Shown: positions 18,196 through 30,662 of the stretch, in pieces
Layout: each line of letters begins with the position of its first letter
Position numbering within the stretch: the first letter of the stretch is position 1
From: Halanaerobiales bacterium
GTDB lineage: Bacteria; Bacillota; Halanaerobiia; Halanaerobiales; M55B127
NCBI GenBank assembly: GCA_034521955.1
Contig: JAXHLT010000003.1
Span: 153,778-217,777, forward strand
Direction: 5' to 3'
Length of the DNA: 64,000 bases
Program-made: the position numbers and the translations under genes
The notes under the pieces: generated by a model
The model's database searches: none
Told to the model about the DNA's origin: nothing
Seen by the model: only the letters and a program-made list of their open reading frames with translations

Positions 18196-20491
18196 TTGAT
18201 ATTCAACAAAAAATTTATTATAAGTTCTCTAGTGTTATATATATTAGGTATTTCATGTGGTTATTATTTAAATAATATCAATACAACATTTTTAATAATA
18301 AATATTGTATTAATATTGATCACTTATATTATATTTCCCAAAAAGGTTATGATAGTTATATTAATCTGTATTTTTTTAATTGGATTTTTTTACATGTACT
18401 ATCTTGAATATAACTATAACAGTAATCAATCCATAAACTCATTTAATAATCAAGTTGTCGAAGTAGTTGGAAAATTAAAATTAAATTTAGATTCAGTAGA
18501 AGGAAATTCTATTCTTTTAGAACCTATATTTGTAAATAATAAAAAAATTAAGTATGGGAAAATACAGTTGTGGAAAGATGATCTAAAAAATAATGTAGGT
18601 AATGGAGATTTAGTGATTGCTAGAATTGCTTTAAAAAGACCAAAAGATGCAAGAAATCCTGGTGGGTTTTCATATTTAAATTATTTAAAACACAAAAAAA
18701 TATATAGTGTTGGAAGTATTTATGAGATATATAAGATACAAGATTATTTTAGTATCTATCATCCAATTATTAGTTTAAAGGTTAAATTACTTAATTTAAT
18801 TGACCAAAGTATTTCTCCACCTGTTAATACTTTTGTTAAAGCATTAATATTGGGGGAAAAAAATAATTTAGATGATAATTGGTCAAAATACTTTAGGAAA
18901 GCAGGAGCTAATCATTTACTTGCTATTTCTGGTTTACATGTAGGATTTTTATCGTTATTTATTATTTCACTTTTAAATTTATTTAATTTTAGTGATTTTA
19001 ATAAAAATAATATTTTGACTATAATATTATTAGTATATATAGTAATGACAGGTTTTCGTGCTTCTGTTTTAAGGGCTTCACTTTTGGTTATTATATATAG
19101 ATATTTAAAACAGTTTAAAATAAAGATGGATTTTTATAGTATATTATCGATTGTTTTATTTATTATTTTAATTATAAATCCTTATCAATTGTTTTCTATA
19201 GGACTGAAGTTGAGTTTTTTAGTTTTACTATCAATAGTTGTGTGGACAAAAGTATTTAGCCAATATATGCATTCTTCTATTGCAGTTAGTTTGGCAGCTC
19301 AGATAGGTTCAATTCCTTTAACTGCTTATTATTTTAATACTATTAATCCTTCTGGAATAATTACTAATCTCTGGGCAGTTCCCTTGGTTTCTATAATAGT
19401 ATTTTTGGTCTTAACACATTTTTTATTTGGTTTAATTGTACCTTTTTTAACTGAATTTACAGGTTCAGTTATTTATTTATTATCTTCAGTTCTAAAAAAA
19501 GGTGTAACATTGATGTCAACATTGCCTTCAGCTGAAATTTTTGTAATTAAGCCTTCTTTAATAAATGTATTTTTATATTATATCTTTGTCTTTTTATTAG
19601 CATATTATATACAAAAAAACAATTTTAAAAAGAAAAGTCTTTCTTTTATTAAAATAATACTTGTGTTAATTTTGACTACAAGCTTGCTTGTATATTTTAT
19701 TAATCCAACAGATAATGAACTGTTAGAAATATATTGTTTAGATGTTGGACAAGGTGATTCAATTTTTATAGAGCTTCCAAATGATAAAAACCTATTAGTT
19801 GATACAGGTAGTATTAATTCAGTACAAAATGTAATTGTACCCTTTTTATTATCTAAAAGGATTAGATATATAGATTATCTTATTATATCTCATTTTGATA
19901 GTGATCATAGTTCTGATATTGACTATTTAATAAAAAATAATTTTGTTAAAAATTTAATAGTTTCCAAAAAAGTTGATATCGATTATATGAATAAAAGAGA
20001 GATAATAAGAAAAACAAACAGTAAAGATATCAGATATTTATTGGGCAGATAATGAGGATAAATTGAATTTAGATAATACATATATAGACTTTATAGCACC
20101 AATAACTAATAAAAAACTGGGGAGTAGAAATAATAATTCTATTGTTTTTAGGTTAAAATATAAGGAATTTGAGATGCTTTTCACCGGAGATATTGAAAAG
20201 AAAACTGAAGATATTATTCTTAATAAGATAGATACGAATAGGTTAAAAGCAGATCTTTTAAAAGTATCGCATCACGGCAGTAATACTTCCAGTACATTAA
20301 GTTTTATAAAAAAGGTTAATCCTGTCCATGCTCTAATAAGTGTAGGAATTAATAAATACGGTCACCCAGATAAAAGTGTTTTAAATAGATTTAGAAAAAA
20401 CAAAGCAAATATTTGGAGAACAGATAAAAAAGGTGCGGTTATTATAAAAACCAATGGCTTAAATTACAGTATAAATTCGTATCTAAATTGA
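18196..20491 (+). pseudogene. comEC: DNA internalisation competence protein ComEC/Rec2, frame broken once
   Basis: Polytopic competence domain plus a C-terminal metallo-beta-lactamase fold (HFDSDHSSD, then VSHHGS in the second piece). ORF 18196-20052 continues in the +1 frame (open from 20009) to 20491. Confidence 0.85.
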
Positions 20492-20560
20492 TTAGTTATA
20501 CTTATGTGTGTTAAAATTAAATAGAAGATATAATTACAGGTAGTTTATAGGAGGATAATT

Positions 20561-21563
20561 TTGAATAAGAAAGTAGAGAAAGTTTTAAACTTAAAAATTA
20601 ATAAAATTGATAATCTATATATCATATATAGTACTGAAGAGTATCTATTGGATAAGTTTGAAAGAAATTTCAAAAATAAGTTTATAAACAAGGAAGATGA
20701 AGATTTTAATTTAACATATATTAGAAGAGAAGAAGAAGTTTTTAAAAATATTGTTAGTAAGGGTTCAACATTACCTTTAATGTCTGAAAAAAGGTTCATC
20801 ATAGTAAAAGCAGGCAATATTTTCAAAACAAAGATTACCAGACTTTGATTTATTTAAAAAGTTTATAAAAGACATACCAGATACTACAGTTTTGATAATA
20901 TTTATCAATGAAGATATATCTAAAAATAAAAGAATGGATAAGGTCAAAAAGCTGGCCGAAGTCATTAATATTAAAGCTCCTAAATATAAAGATTTGAATA
21001 AATGGATTATTGATCAATTTACAAAAAGAGGGAAAAAGATTGATTATCGAGGAATAAGATTATTAGAGAAGATGTTTAACAATAACTTGCAGCAACTTGA
21101 TTCAGAAATAAATAAAATTTGTACATTTATAAATGATAAAGAACGAGTTGATGTATCTGATATAAAAAATGTAATTACCAAGGATATAAGGTTAAAAGAA
21201 AATATTATATTTGATTTTTTAGATTCGATAAGTAAAAAAGAAAAAGATAAAAGTGTTTATTTTTTCCATCAAATGATTGCTAATGGTGAAATACCTCAAA
21301 TAATATTTACTATGATTGCAAGAAGAGTTAAGTTGATGTTAATTATTAAAGATTTAAAAAGACAGGGAATAAATCATGAAAAGATAGCTAGTAAAATTGG
21401 AGAACACCCATATCCGGTTAAAAAGATATATGGATATGTTGATTCTTTTGACTTTGGTGAGCTTGAAAATATGTTAGATGAATTCCTTAAAGCGGATATA
21501 GATTATAAATCGGGGAATAATACTGTTGAAAATGCTATACAAAATGCTATTATTAGTATATAA
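20561..21563 (+). pseudogene. holA: DNA polymerase III delta subunit, frame broken once
   Basis: Two collinear pieces, 20561-20848 and then +1 frame to 21563, with delta-subunit layout and conserved position after comEC. The break is at a T4 run (20820-20823). Removing one T gives ...KAGNISKQRLPDFDLFKKFIKDIPDTTVLIIF. Confidence 0.8.
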
Positions 21564-21573
21564 AAAAATAAAC

Positions 21574-21603
21574 GGCTTATTCCTAAAACAGAATAAGCCT
21601 TTT
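21574..21603. terminator. Hairpin terminator between convergent holA and rpsT
   Basis: GGCTTATTC-CTAAAACA-GAATAAGCC. An A7-containing run on the left gives a U tract for rpsT, and TTTT lies on the right. Confidence 0.7.
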
Positions 21604-21614
21604 AAAATACTATA

Positions 21615-21878
21615 TTATTTAATTTCATTAAGCATTTTTTTCATTTTTGATTTCTTTCTAGCAGCATTGTTTTTATGAATAATGTTATGAGATGCAGCTT
21701 TATCAATAATTTTATATGTTTCTGGTAATAATTCTTCAGCTTTTTCAACATTACCGTCTTCGATAGCTGCTTCAAAAGTCTTTATAGTATTTTTTAGCTT
21801 ATCCTTCCAGCGTCTGTTAACTTTTCTTTTCTTTTCAGCAGTTTTAACTCTTTTCTTCGCAGATTCAATAATAGGCAC
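21615..21878 (-). CDS. rpsT: 30S ribosomal protein S20
   Basis: GTG start (complement of 21876-21878) after SD AAGGAGGTG. The product reads PIIESAKKRVKTAEKKRKVNR... The track ORF extends further upstream without any SD. Confidence 0.9.
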   Translation of the reverse strand: MPIIESAKKRVKTAEKKRKVNRRWKDKLKNTIKTFEAAIEDGNVEKAEELLPETYKIIDKAASHNIIHKNNAARKKSKMKKMLNEIK

Positions 21879-22074
21879 AACTTTCACCTCCTTGTAAGTG
21901 AACGATATATTTATATGGTGTTTCCTAAATTTGCACAATATCAATTTTAACATTAGATATATAAAAATGCAAGTTTTTAACTCATATTATTGTTGAAAGT
22001 TTTGCAATCTTGATAAATGAAATATACAATGTTATAATTAGCAGCAGGTATTTATATATAGAAAGGGGAAAATT

Positions 22075-23862
22075 ATGGACTGTCAGCATATAAGAAATTT
22101 TTGTATTATAGCACATATAGATCATGGCAAATCAACACTTGCTGACCGTATTCTGGAATTCACAAATACAATAACTGGTCGAGATATGAAAGAACAGGTT
22201 CTTGATAATATGGATTTGGAAAGAGAACGCGGTATTACAATAAAGGCACAGGCGGTTAGAATTAATTATAAGGACTATGAGCTTAATTTAATCGACACTC
22301 CTGGACATGTTGATTTTTCTTATGAAGTATCAAAAAGTTTGGCAGCAGCAGAAGGTGCATTGTTAGTAATAGATGCAGCTCAGGGTGTTGAGGCTCAAAC
22401 TATGGCAAATATATATTTGGCATTAGAAAATGATCTTGAAATTATACCAATTATAAACAAGATAGATTTAGATACTGCTAATCCAAATATGGTGAAGGAA
22501 CAACTAATGGAAATTGGTATTGATCCAGATGAAGCCATTTTAACTAGTGCTAAAGAAGGCACAAATATTGAGGAAGTATTAAATGCTGTTATTGATAGAA
22601 TACCAGCACCACAGGATAATACAGCCAAACCATTAAGAGCATTAGTATTTGATTCTGTTTATGATTCTTACCAAGGTGTTATTGCATATGTTAGAATTAA
22701 AGATGGTAAAATAAGTGTTAATGACAATGTTAAGATGATGGCAAATAATAAAAAATATGAAGTTGATGAAGTTGGAATATTTAATCCTACAATGACTGCA
22801 GTAGATACTTTAACTGCAGGTGAAGTTGGATATGTCATAGCAGGTATTAAAGATGTTAGAAACTGTAGAGTTGGTGATACAATGACTTTATCAGACAATC
22901 CTGCAGAAAAACCCCTGCCCGGATATAAGAAGGTAAAACCAATGGTATACAGTGGTTTATATCCTTCTGATAATAATGACTTTAACTTATTAAAAGATGC
23001 TTTAGAAAAACTACAGTTAAATGATGCTTCATTAGTTTTTGAACCTGAAACCTCAGAAGCATTAGGTTTTGGTTTTAGATGTGGCTTTTTAGGATTACTA
23101 CACATGGAGATAATTCAGGAAAGATTAGAAAGAGAGTATGATATTGATCTGATTACTACTGCACCAAGTGTAATATATAAGATAGAGACAGAATCCGATG
23201 AACTACTTGAAATAGAAAACCCAGCTGATTTTCCTGAACAAAATGAAATAAAGGTTATTAAAGAACCATTTGTGAAAGCTACGGTTCATATGCCTGAAGA
23301 ATATATTGGGTCAATTATGGAATTGTGCCAGACCAACCGTGGTGAGTTTATAGATATGCAGTATGTAGATGAAAATCGTGTTGCTTTAAAATATAAAATG
23401 CCGTTAAGTGAGATAATCACAGACTTCTTCAATCAATTAAAATCAAAATCAAGAGGCTATGCAACACTTGATTATAAAATGATTGGATATGAAAAATCTG
23501 ATTTAGTAAAATTAGATATACTAGTAAACAAGGAACCGGTTGACGCATTATCAACTATCGTGTTTAAAGATAAGGCACAACAGCAGGGACAAAATCTAGT
23601 TAGAAAGCTAAAAAAATTAATACCTAAACAGATGTTTAAGGTCCCTATACAGGCTGCTATTGACAATAATATTTTGGCAAGAGTAAATATTCCTGCCCAA
23701 AGAAAAGATGTATTGCAGAAATGTTATGGTGGTGACATAAGCCGCAAACGTAAACTTCTTGAAAAACAAAAAGCAGGTAAAAAAAGAATGAAAATGGTTG
23801 GTAAAGTAGAAATTCCACAAGAAGCATTTATGGCTGTACTTGAAAGGGAAGAAGATGAATAA
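22075..23862 (+). CDS. lepA: Translation elongation factor 4 (LepA)
   Basis: [28 protein letters not shown] and NKIDL GTPase motifs, with full-length LepA architecture. Confidence 0.95.
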   Translation: MDCQHIRNFCIIAHIDHGKSTLADRILEFTNTITGRDMKEQVLDNMDLERERGITIKAQAVRINYKDYELNLIDTPGHVDFSYEVSKSLAAAEGALLVIDAAQGVEAQTMANIYLALENDLEIIPIINKIDLDTANPNMVKEQLMEIGIDPDEAILTSAKEGTNIEEVLNAVIDRIPAPQDNTAKPLRALVFDSVYDSYQGVIAYVRIKDGKISVNDNVKMMANNKKYEVDEVGIFNPTMTAVDTLTAGEVGYVIAGIKDVRNCRVGDTMTLSDNPAEKPLPGYKKVKPMVYSGLYPSDNNDFNLLKDALEKLQLNDASLVFEPETSEALGFGFRCGFLGLLHMEIIQERLEREYDIDLITTAPSVIYKIETESDELLEIENPADFPEQNEIKVIKEPFVKATVHMPEEYIGSIMELCQTNRGEFIDMQYVDENRVALKYKMPLSEIITDFFNQLKSKSRGYATLDYKMIGYEKSDLVKLDILVNKEPVDALSTIVFKDKAQQQGQNLVRKLKKLIPKQMFKVPIQAAIDNNILARVNIPAQRKDVLQKCYGGDISRKRKLLEKQKAGKKRMKMVGKVEIPQEAFMAVLEREEDE

Positions 23863-25009
23863 ATTCTTAAATTATGAAGATGAGTTTGGATTATATATTC
23901 ATATTCCTTTTTGTAGGAAAAAATGCAGTTACTGTGATTTTTATTCAATTAACTATAAAAATGATAACCTAAAGGAATACTTAAAATATTTAATTAAAGA
24001 AATACAGTTATATTCAAAAGTTTTAGATAATAAAGAGGTTAAGACAATATATATTGGGGGAGGCACTCCCAGTTTATTGTCTCCTAATGAAATTGACTAT
24101 CTTTTGAAACAGATAGATAAATATTTTGATATAGAAAATAATATTGAAATTACAATGGAATCTAATCCAGATAGTTTAAATGAAAAGAAGGTAATTGAAT
24201 ATAAACAGGCTGGTATAAATAGAATAAGTGTAGGGATACAGTCTTTTATAAATGAAGAATTAAATATTTTAGGTAGGGTTCATGATTCAAAAAAAGCAAT
24301 AAATATAATTGAAATATTACAAAAACATATAAGTAATTATAATATTGATTTAATATTTGCTTTACCAGGTCAAAAATTTGATGATTTTAAATTTAATGTA
24401 AACAAAGTATTGGAGTATAATCCACCTCACATATCATTATATAATTTACAGATAGAAGAAGGCACTTTGTTGTATAAACAATATCAATCAGGTAATATAA
24501 TACCAGTTTCAGAAGAACTAGACTATAAAATGTATAACAATGCCATAGAAGTATTAGAAAATGCAGGATACAATCATTATGAGATTTCTAACTTTGCAAA
24601 AGAGAATTATAAGTCAAAACACAATTTAGTTTACTGGAATTATAGACCATATTTAGGACTTGGACCAAGTGCTCACGGATTTAATGGTAAAAACAGATAC
24701 TATAATTCAAATAGTTTAAAAGATTATATAGAACAATTAAAGAAAGACAAGTTACCTATTGATAGCATTATTAATCTAACAGAGGATGAATTGATATCTG
24801 AAAGAATGATTATGGGTTTACGATTATTAGATGGAATTAATAAAAATGATTTTGAAAATAGATTTAACAGATCAATAAAAAGTATATATAAAAATGTTAT
24901 ATTTAATTTAAAAAGACAAAATTTATTAGCTGAAGATAAAGAAAAGATTTATTTAACTAAAAAGGGTTTAAACCTTGGTAATAAAGTGTTTTTAGAATTT
25001 CTGTTATAG
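23855..25009 (+). CDS. hemW: Radical SAM heme chaperone HemW (HemN-like)
   Basis: [14 protein letters not shown] radical-SAM motif. ATG at 23855 overlaps the lepA stop (ATGAATAA). Confidence 0.85.
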   Translation: MNKFLNYEDEFGLYIHIPFCRKKCSYCDFYSINYKNDNLKEYLKYLIKEIQLYSKVLDNKEVKTIYIGGGTPSLLSPNEIDYLLKQIDKYFDIENNIEITMESNPDSLNEKKVIEYKQAGINRISVGIQSFINEELNILGRVHDSKKAINIIEILQKHISNYNIDLIFALPGQKFDDFKFNVNKVLEYNPPHISLYNLQIEEGTLLYKQYQSGNIIPVSEELDYKMYNNAIEVLENAGYNHYEISNFAKENYKSKHNLVYWNYRPYLGLGPSAHGFNGKNRYYNSNSLKDYIEQLKKDKLPIDSIINLTEDELISERMIMGLRLLDGINKNDFENRFNRSIKSIYKNVIFNLKRQNLLAEDKEKIYLTKKGLNLGNKVFLEFLL

Positions 25010-25030
25010 TTAAAATAATTATAAAAGTAT

Positions 25031-25059
25031 TTGACAAAATAATAGTGATATGTTATTTT
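25031..25059 (+). promoter_or_regulatory. SigA-type promoter of the hrcA-grpE-dnaK operon
   Basis: TTGACA (25031-25036), 17-nt spacer ending in TGT, TATTTT (25054-25059). Confidence 0.6.
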
Positions 25060-25070
25060 ATTAATAGTTA

Positions 25071-25097
25071 TTAGCACTCTTATTAGTTGAGTGCTAA
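25071..25097 (+). promoter_or_regulatory. CIRCE operator (HrcA binding site)
   Basis: TTAGCACTC-N9-GAGTGCTAA, a perfect match to the CIRCE consensus. Confidence 0.95.
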
Positions 25098-25111
25098 AAA
25101 AGAGGTGAGTA

Positions 25112-26161
25112 ATGATGGTTAAAAATTTAGACGAAAGAAAAAACAGTATACTACATGCCATCATTCAAGAACATATAATAACAGCTTCACCAATTGGATC
25201 TCGCACTATTGCTAAAAAATATGATCTTGGAGTTAGTTCTGCTACAATTAGAAATGAGATGGCAGATTTAGAAGAACTTGGTTATTTAGAGCAGCCTCAT
25301 ACATCTGCAGGTCGTATTCCTTCAGATAAGGGATATAGATATTATGTTGATATTTTAATGAAAAACAAGGGAATAAATTCAGATAAGTTAATTAAAACTT
25401 TAAGTGAAATTACAAAAAACAGACATGGAATAAATGGTATTGTATCTAGTATGACTACAATGCTGTCTGAATTCACAAAATATGCTACAATGATTACTGA
25501 ACCAGAGTTTAAAGATCTTAAAATTAGTGAACTTCAGCTTATGAAAGTAACTGAAGATAAATTATTGTTAGTTATGGTAACTGATAATGGCTTTGTAAGT
25601 GATAAACTAATTAATATTAAAGAAGATTTAGATAAAAGAAAAATTAGATACATTAATAATTTCTTGATAAATAAGATAAGAGATAAAGAAATTAATGAAC
25701 TAACAGATCAATATTTTAAAGAAATAGAAAATGAATTAGTAAAAAAAATAAATCTATCTCACCAGTTATTTACAATTATAAACAAAGAAATTGACGAATT
25801 AATAAAACCAGAAGATGTGAGAATATATATAGGAGGTACATCCTATATTTTAGATCAACCTGAGTTTAACGATATTGAATATCTTAAAAAAGTTTTAAAT
25901 ATTTTAGATCATGAAGATAACTTGAAAAAATTAATTAAAGCTAAAAACAATAAAGAACTAGAAGTTCGAATTGGGCATGAAAATGAAATCGAGGAAATGC
26001 AGCGTTGTAGTGTAGTAATTGCCAATTATTCTATTGGTGATAAAGCAGTAGGTAAAATTGGGGTTTTAGGACCTACTCGTATGGAATATCCCCGTGTAAT
26101 ATCAACTGTAAATATCGTATCCGATATTTTAAGTAAAATAATTTCAGAGGTGAACAAATAA
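25112..26161 (+). CDS. hrcA: Heat-inducible transcription repressor HrcA
   Basis: N-terminal winged helix PIGSRTIAKKY...SSATIRNEMADLEELGYL and operon context. Confidence 0.9.
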   Translation: MMVKNLDERKNSILHAIIQEHIITASPIGSRTIAKKYDLGVSSATIRNEMADLEELGYLEQPHTSAGRIPSDKGYRYYVDILMKNKGINSDKLIKTLSEITKNRHGINGIVSSMTTMLSEFTKYATMITEPEFKDLKISELQLMKVTEDKLLLVMVTDNGFVSDKLINIKEDLDKRKIRYINNFLINKIRDKEINELTDQYFKEIENELVKKINLSHQLFTIINKEIDELIKPEDVRIYIGGTSYILDQPEFNDIEYLKKVLNILDHEDNLKKLIKAKNNKELEVRIGHENEIEEMQRCSVVIANYSIGDKAVGKIGVLGPTRMEYPRVISTVNIVSDILSKIISEVNK

Positions 26162-26162
26162 A

Positions 26163-26738
26163 ATGGTGTCAGAAGAAAATAAAAACCAAGAATTTGAAAA
26201 TGAAGAAGGTTTAGAAGAAAATAAAAGCGATGATGTAAAAACAGATGAAACAGTCGACCTCAAAGAAAATATAACTGAAGAAAGATTAGATCAAATCAAA
26301 GAGGAATTATCTACAGTAACTGAAGAAAAAGATGAATATTTAAATAGATTAAAAAGAATGAAAGCAGACTTTGTAAACTATAGAAATAGAACAAAAAAAG
26401 AAAAAAGCCGTATAGAATCAAGTACCAAAATGGAATTTATCAATTCCATTTTACCGGTAATTGACAACTTTGAAAGAGCTTTAAAGTCTGTTGATGAAGA
26501 TTCAGAGTTTCTTTCAGGTGTTCAAATGATATATAAACAGCTTTTAGATGTATTAAAAAAAGAAGGATTAGAAATTATTGAAACTGAAGGTCAAGAGTTT
26601 GATCCTCAGTACCATGAAGCAATTATGCAGATAGAGTCTAATGATTATGAATCAGGTTATGTTGTTGAAGAAGTTCAACGAGGTTATATAATGGAAGATA
26701 AAGTTGTTAGACCAGCCATGGTTAAAGTGGCTATCTAG
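26163..26738 (+). CDS. grpE: Nucleotide exchange factor GrpE
   Basis: RLKRMKADFVNYRNRTKKE and the C-terminal beta domain GYIMEDKVVRPAMVKV. Confidence 0.9.
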   Translation: MVSEENKNQEFENEEGLEENKSDDVKTDETVDLKENITEERLDQIKEELSTVTEEKDEYLNRLKRMKADFVNYRNRTKKEKSRIESSTKMEFINSILPVIDNFERALKSVDEDSEFLSGVQMIYKQLLDVLKKEGLEIIETEGQEFDPQYHEAIMQIESNDYESGYVVEEVQRGYIMEDKVVRPAMVKVAI

Positions 26739-26779
26739 TAAAATATATAAATTATTGAATTTAAAGGGAGGAATCGTTA

Positions 26780-28648
26780 ATGAGTAAAATATTGGGAATT
26801 GACTTAGGAACAACAAATTCATGTATGGCTGTTATGGAAGGTGGAGAACCAACTGTAATACCAAATAAGGAAGGTAATAGGACTACTCCCTCAGTAGTTG
26901 CTTATTCAAAAAAAGGGGAGAGACTAGTTGGTGAATATGCTAAGCGCCAAGCTATAACAAATCCAGATAACACGATAGCTTCAATAAAAAGAGATATGGG
27001 TAGAGATATTAAAGAGAAGATGGGAGATAATGAATATACTCCACAAGAAATCTCTGCTATGATATTACAAAAAATGAAAAAAGATGCTGAAGAATACTTA
27101 GGAGAAGATGTAAAAGAAGCAGTAATTACAGTACCTGCATATTTCTCTGATGCACAGAGACAAGCTACAAAAGATGCTGGTAAAATTGCAGGTTTAACTG
27201 TAAAAAGAATAATAAATGAACCTACTGCTGCATCATTAGCTTATGGTTTAGATGACGATAAAGAACAAACTATTTTAGTTTTTGACTTAGGTGGAGGAAC
27301 ATTTGATGTTTCAATACTTGAATTAGGAGATGGAGTATTTGAAGTAATCTCTACAAATGGTAATAATAAACTTGGTGGAGATGATTTTGATCAAAGATTA
27401 ATAGATTATTTTGCTGATGAATTTAAAAGTGAAACAGGTATAGATCTTAGAGATGACAGAATGGCTTTACAACGACTAAAAGATGCTGCTGAAAAGGCAA
27501 AGATTGAACTTTCTAGTGTTAAACAAACTAATGTTAATCTACCATTTATAACACAAACAGATTCAGGTCCAAAGCACTTAGATGTAGATATTACAAGAGC
27601 AAAGTTTGAAGAACTAGTTGAAGATCTAATTAACAAGACAATGGGACCAATTGAAAAAGCATTAGATGATGCTGGATTTAGCTCATCAGATATAGATGAA
27701 GTTATTTTAGTTGGTGGGTCTACGAGAATGCCTGCAGTACAAGAAGCAGTAAAAAATAAAATTGGTAAAGAAGCTCACAAAGGTATTAACCCTGATGAAG
27801 TTGTAGCTGTTGGTGCTGCAATTCAAGGTGGAGTACTATCAGGTGAGGTTGATGATATAGTACTATTAGATGTAACACCATTATCATTAGGAATTGAAAC
27901 ACTTGGTGGAGTATTTACTAAATTAATAGATAGAAATACAACAATACCAACTTCAAAAAGCAAAGTATTCTCTACTGCTCAGGACAATCAAACTGCTGTA
28001 GATATTCATGTTCTACAGGGTGAAAGAGAAATGGCTAAACACAATAAAACATTAGGTAGATTTCAGTTAACTGATATACCACCAGCTCCACGTGGAGTAC
28101 CACAAATTGAAGTAGAATTTGATATAGATGAAAATGGTATTGTACATGTATCAGCTAAAGATAAAGGAACAGGAAACGAACAAAAAATTACAATCAAATC
28201 TTCCTCAGGATTATCTGAAGAAGAAATTGATGAAATGGTTAAAGAAGCAGAAGAACATGCAGAAGAAGATGAAATGAAAAGAAAAGAAGTAGAAACTAAA
28301 AATGAAGCAGATGCTTTAGTTCATACAACAGAAAAAACTCTTAAAAAAGCAGAAGATAAAGTTGATGAAAGCATTATTAATAAAGTTGAAGATGCAAAAG
28401 ACGAACTTAAAGATGCTATAAAAGAAGATGACGTTGATTTAATTGAAGAAAAAATGGAAGCTTTAAATGAAGAATTAACAGAACTAAGCTCACAACTTTA
28501 CTCACAAACTCAAGAAGGACCTCAAGGACAAGCAGGTCCACAGGGACAACCTGGAGCACAACAACAGTCCGCAGATTCGGCCGATGATGATTCAGTTGAT
28601 GTAGACTATGAAGAAGTAGATGATGACGAAGTAGATGATGAAAAATAA
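26780..28648 (+). CDS. dnaK: Chaperone DnaK (Hsp70)
   Basis: [17 protein letters not shown] and [11 protein letters not shown] motifs. Has a Gln/Pro-rich and then strongly acidic C-terminal tail. Confidence 0.97.
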   Translation: MSKILGIDLGTTNSCMAVMEGGEPTVIPNKEGNRTTPSVVAYSKKGERLVGEYAKRQAITNPDNTIASIKRDMGRDIKEKMGDNEYTPQEISAMILQKMKKDAEEYLGEDVKEAVITVPAYFSDAQRQATKDAGKIAGLTVKRIINEPTAASLAYGLDDDKEQTILVFDLGGGTFDVSILELGDGVFEVISTNGNNKLGGDDFDQRLIDYFADEFKSETGIDLRDDRMALQRLKDAAEKAKIELSSVKQTNVNLPFITQTDSGPKHLDVDITRAKFEELVEDLINKTMGPIEKALDDAGFSSSDIDEVILVGGSTRMPAVQEAVKNKIGKEAHKGINPDEVVAVGAAIQGGVLSGEVDDIVLLDVTPLSLGIETLGGVFTKLIDRNTTIPTSKSKVFSTAQDNQTAVDIHVLQGEREMAKHNKTLGRFQLTDIPPAPRGVPQIEVEFDIDENGIVHVSAKDKGTGNEQKITIKSSSGLSEEEIDEMVKEAEEHAEEDEMKRKEVETKNEADALVHTTEKTLKKAEDKVDESIINKVEDAKDELKDAIKEDDVDLIEEKMEALNEELTELSSQLYSQTQEGPQGQAGPQGQPGAQQQSADSADDDSVDVDYEEVDDDEVDDEK

Positions 28649-28670
28649 TAATAATTATGTTATAATACAA

Positions 28671-28697
28671 AAAAAGGGGTTTGTTCCCCTTTTTTTG
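28671..28697 (+). terminator. Intrinsic terminator/attenuator between dnaK and dnaJ
   Basis: AAGGGG-TTTGTT-CCCCTT followed by T7. Confidence 0.8.
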
Positions 28698-28724
28698 ATT
28701 GTATTATATATGAGGTGATAGTTA

Positions 28725-29861
28725 ATGCCAGGTAAAAAAGACTATTATGATATCCTGGGTGTTAGTAAAGATGCATCCCAAAAAGAAATCAAAAAAGCAT
28801 ATAGAAAATTAGCTAAAAAGTATCATCCGGATATGAATGATGGTGATGATAAATCAAGTGAGAAATTTAAGAAAATATCTGAAGCTTATGAAATTTTAAG
28901 TGACCCAGATAAAAGAAAAAGATATGATCAATATGGACACTCTGGTATCAATGAAGAAGACTTCAATTTTGATGATTTTGCCAGAGGAGGATTTGGAGGA
29001 TTTGAAGATATATTTGATATGTTCTTTGGTGGTGGAATGGGCGGTATGAATCGCCGTCGTAATAGTCCACAACGAGGAAGAGATTTACAGTACAAGTTAA
29101 GTATATCTTTCGAAGATGCTGCATTTGGAACTAAAAAGAAAATTACAATTCCAAGAACAGAAGAATGTCCAAAATGTAATGGATCTGGTGCTGAGTCAGA
29201 TTCAGATGTTAAAACTTGTTCTAAATGTAATGGTAGAGGACAAATAAGAGTTACTCAACAAACACCGTTTGGACAGTTTGCACAAACAAGAACCTGTGAT
29301 AAATGTGGAGGTTCAGGAGAGATTGTTGAAAATCCTTGTTCAAATTGTCATGGGACAGGAAAAGTTAAACGTAGAAGAAAACTTACAATTAACATACCTG
29401 CCGGAGTTAATAATGGTAGTAAATTAAGAATGTCTAATGAAGGTGAAGCAGGAGAAAAAAATGCACCAAGCGGAGATTTATATATACTAATTAATGTACA
29501 AGAACACGAACTATTTGATAGAAAAGGTGATGATGTATACTGTGAAGTACCAATTAACTTTGTACAAGCTACTTTAGGAGATGAAATTCAAGTACCTACT
29601 CTAGATGGCAAAGTTAAGTTTAAGATACCACATGGTACACAACCTGGTACAACATTTAGGCTGAAAAATAAAGGTATAAACCATCTAAACAGAAGTGGTC
29701 GTGGTGATCAATATATAAAAACTAAAGTAGTTATCCCGGAAGACTTAAACGAAAAACAAAAAGAACTACTAATGGAGTTTGCTGATATGAGTGGTGAAGA
29801 AATAAATCCAGAGAAAAAAGGTTTTTTTAACAAAGTAAAAGATGCATTAGGTGTTTTGTAA
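28725..29861 (+). CDS. dnaJ: Co-chaperone DnaJ
   Basis: J domain with HPD, a G/F region, and four CxxCxGxG zinc-finger repeats. Confidence 0.95.
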   Translation: MPGKKDYYDILGVSKDASQKEIKKAYRKLAKKYHPDMNDGDDKSSEKFKKISEAYEILSDPDKRKRYDQYGHSGINEEDFNFDDFARGGFGGFEDIFDMFFGGGMGGMNRRRNSPQRGRDLQYKLSISFEDAAFGTKKKITIPRTEECPKCNGSGAESDSDVKTCSKCNGRGQIRVTQQTPFGQFAQTRTCDKCGGSGEIVENPCSNCHGTGKVKRRRKLTINIPAGVNNGSKLRMSNEGEAGEKNAPSGDLYILINVQEHELFDRKGDDVYCEVPINFVQATLGDEIQVPTLDGKVKFKIPHGTQPGTTFRLKNKGINHLNRSGRGDQYIKTKVVIPEDLNEKQKELLMEFADMSGEEINPEKKGFFNKVKDALGVL

Positions 29862-29888
29862 AATTATTAAATAGGATGGTAGCATATT

Positions 29889-30662
29889 ATGCATAGATTT
29901 TTTGTAAAATCTAATTATGTTAATAATAATGTGGTTGAAATTAGAGGAAATGATTTCAACCACATTTCTAATTCTTTAAGATTAAAACCTGAAGATAAGA
30001 TAATCATAACTATTGGAGATGGATATGATTATATAGTAGAACTTAAAGAATTTACTGATAAAGCTGTATTTGGTAATATTATTGATAAAAGTATCAATAA
30101 GTCTGAACCAAAAATAAAAGTTGATTTAGCTCAGGCAATTCCAAAAAATAGAAATATTGAATTAGTTATCCAAAAGGGTACTGAGATGGGAGTAAATAAT
30201 ATTATTCCTCTTGATACAGAAAGAACTATAGTAAAATTAACTCCCAGTAAAGAAAAAAGAAGATTAAAAAGATGGCAAAAAATAGCCCAAGAAGCTGCTA
30301 AACAGTCTCAGCGTGGTAAGATTCCAGAAATTAAAGATTTATTTTCAGTTAATGATAATAACAAATTACAAACATTATTTTCTAAATATGATTTAATCTT
30401 GGTATTATATGCAGGTAAGGCAAATAAAAGTATGAAAAATATTTTAAAGAAATATAAAGATGAAAAGTTAAAGAAGATATTAATATTGATAGGCCCTGAA
30501 GGTGGCTTTTCTTCAGAAGAAATAGAATTGTTTAAAAATAATGACTTAAATAACAATGTTGAAATAGTTACCTTAGGTACGAGAATATTAAGAACCGAAA
30601 CAGCTGGTTTAACTGCCTTAACAAGTGTTATGTATGAATTTGATGAGCTAGGAGGAAAATAA
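29889..30662 (+). CDS. rsmE: 16S rRNA (uracil1498-N3)-methyltransferase RsmE
   Basis: MHRFFV start, IGPEGGFS motif and LGTRILRTETA C-terminus. Confidence 0.85.
   Translation: MHRFFVKSNYVNNNVVEIRGNDFNHISNSLRLKPEDKIIITIGDGYDYIVELKEFTDKAVFGNIIDKSINKSEPKIKVDLAQAIPKNRNIELVIQKGTEMGVNNIIPLDTERTIVKLTPSKEKRRLKRWQKIAQEAAKQSQRGKIPEIKDLFSVNDNNKLQTLFSKYDLILVLYAGKANKSMKNILKKYKDEKLKKILILIGPEGGFSSEEIELFKNNDLNNNVEIVTLGTRILRTETAGLTALTSVMYEFDELGGK

Noticed and set aside
22668-23105. 145-aa ORF on the minus strand inside lepA
   Set aside because: It is antisense to a highly conserved GTPase gene and is a shadow ORF. The same reasoning applies to 22395-22628, 23472-23948, 12303-12644, 11861-12094 and 14731-15036.
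28514-28565. Repeated GGACCTCAAGGACAAGCAGGTCCACAGGGACAACCTGGAGCA segment
   Set aside because: It encodes the Gly/Pro/Gln-rich linker ([15 protein letters not shown]) of the DnaK C-terminal tail. It is low-complexity coding sequence, not an independent element.
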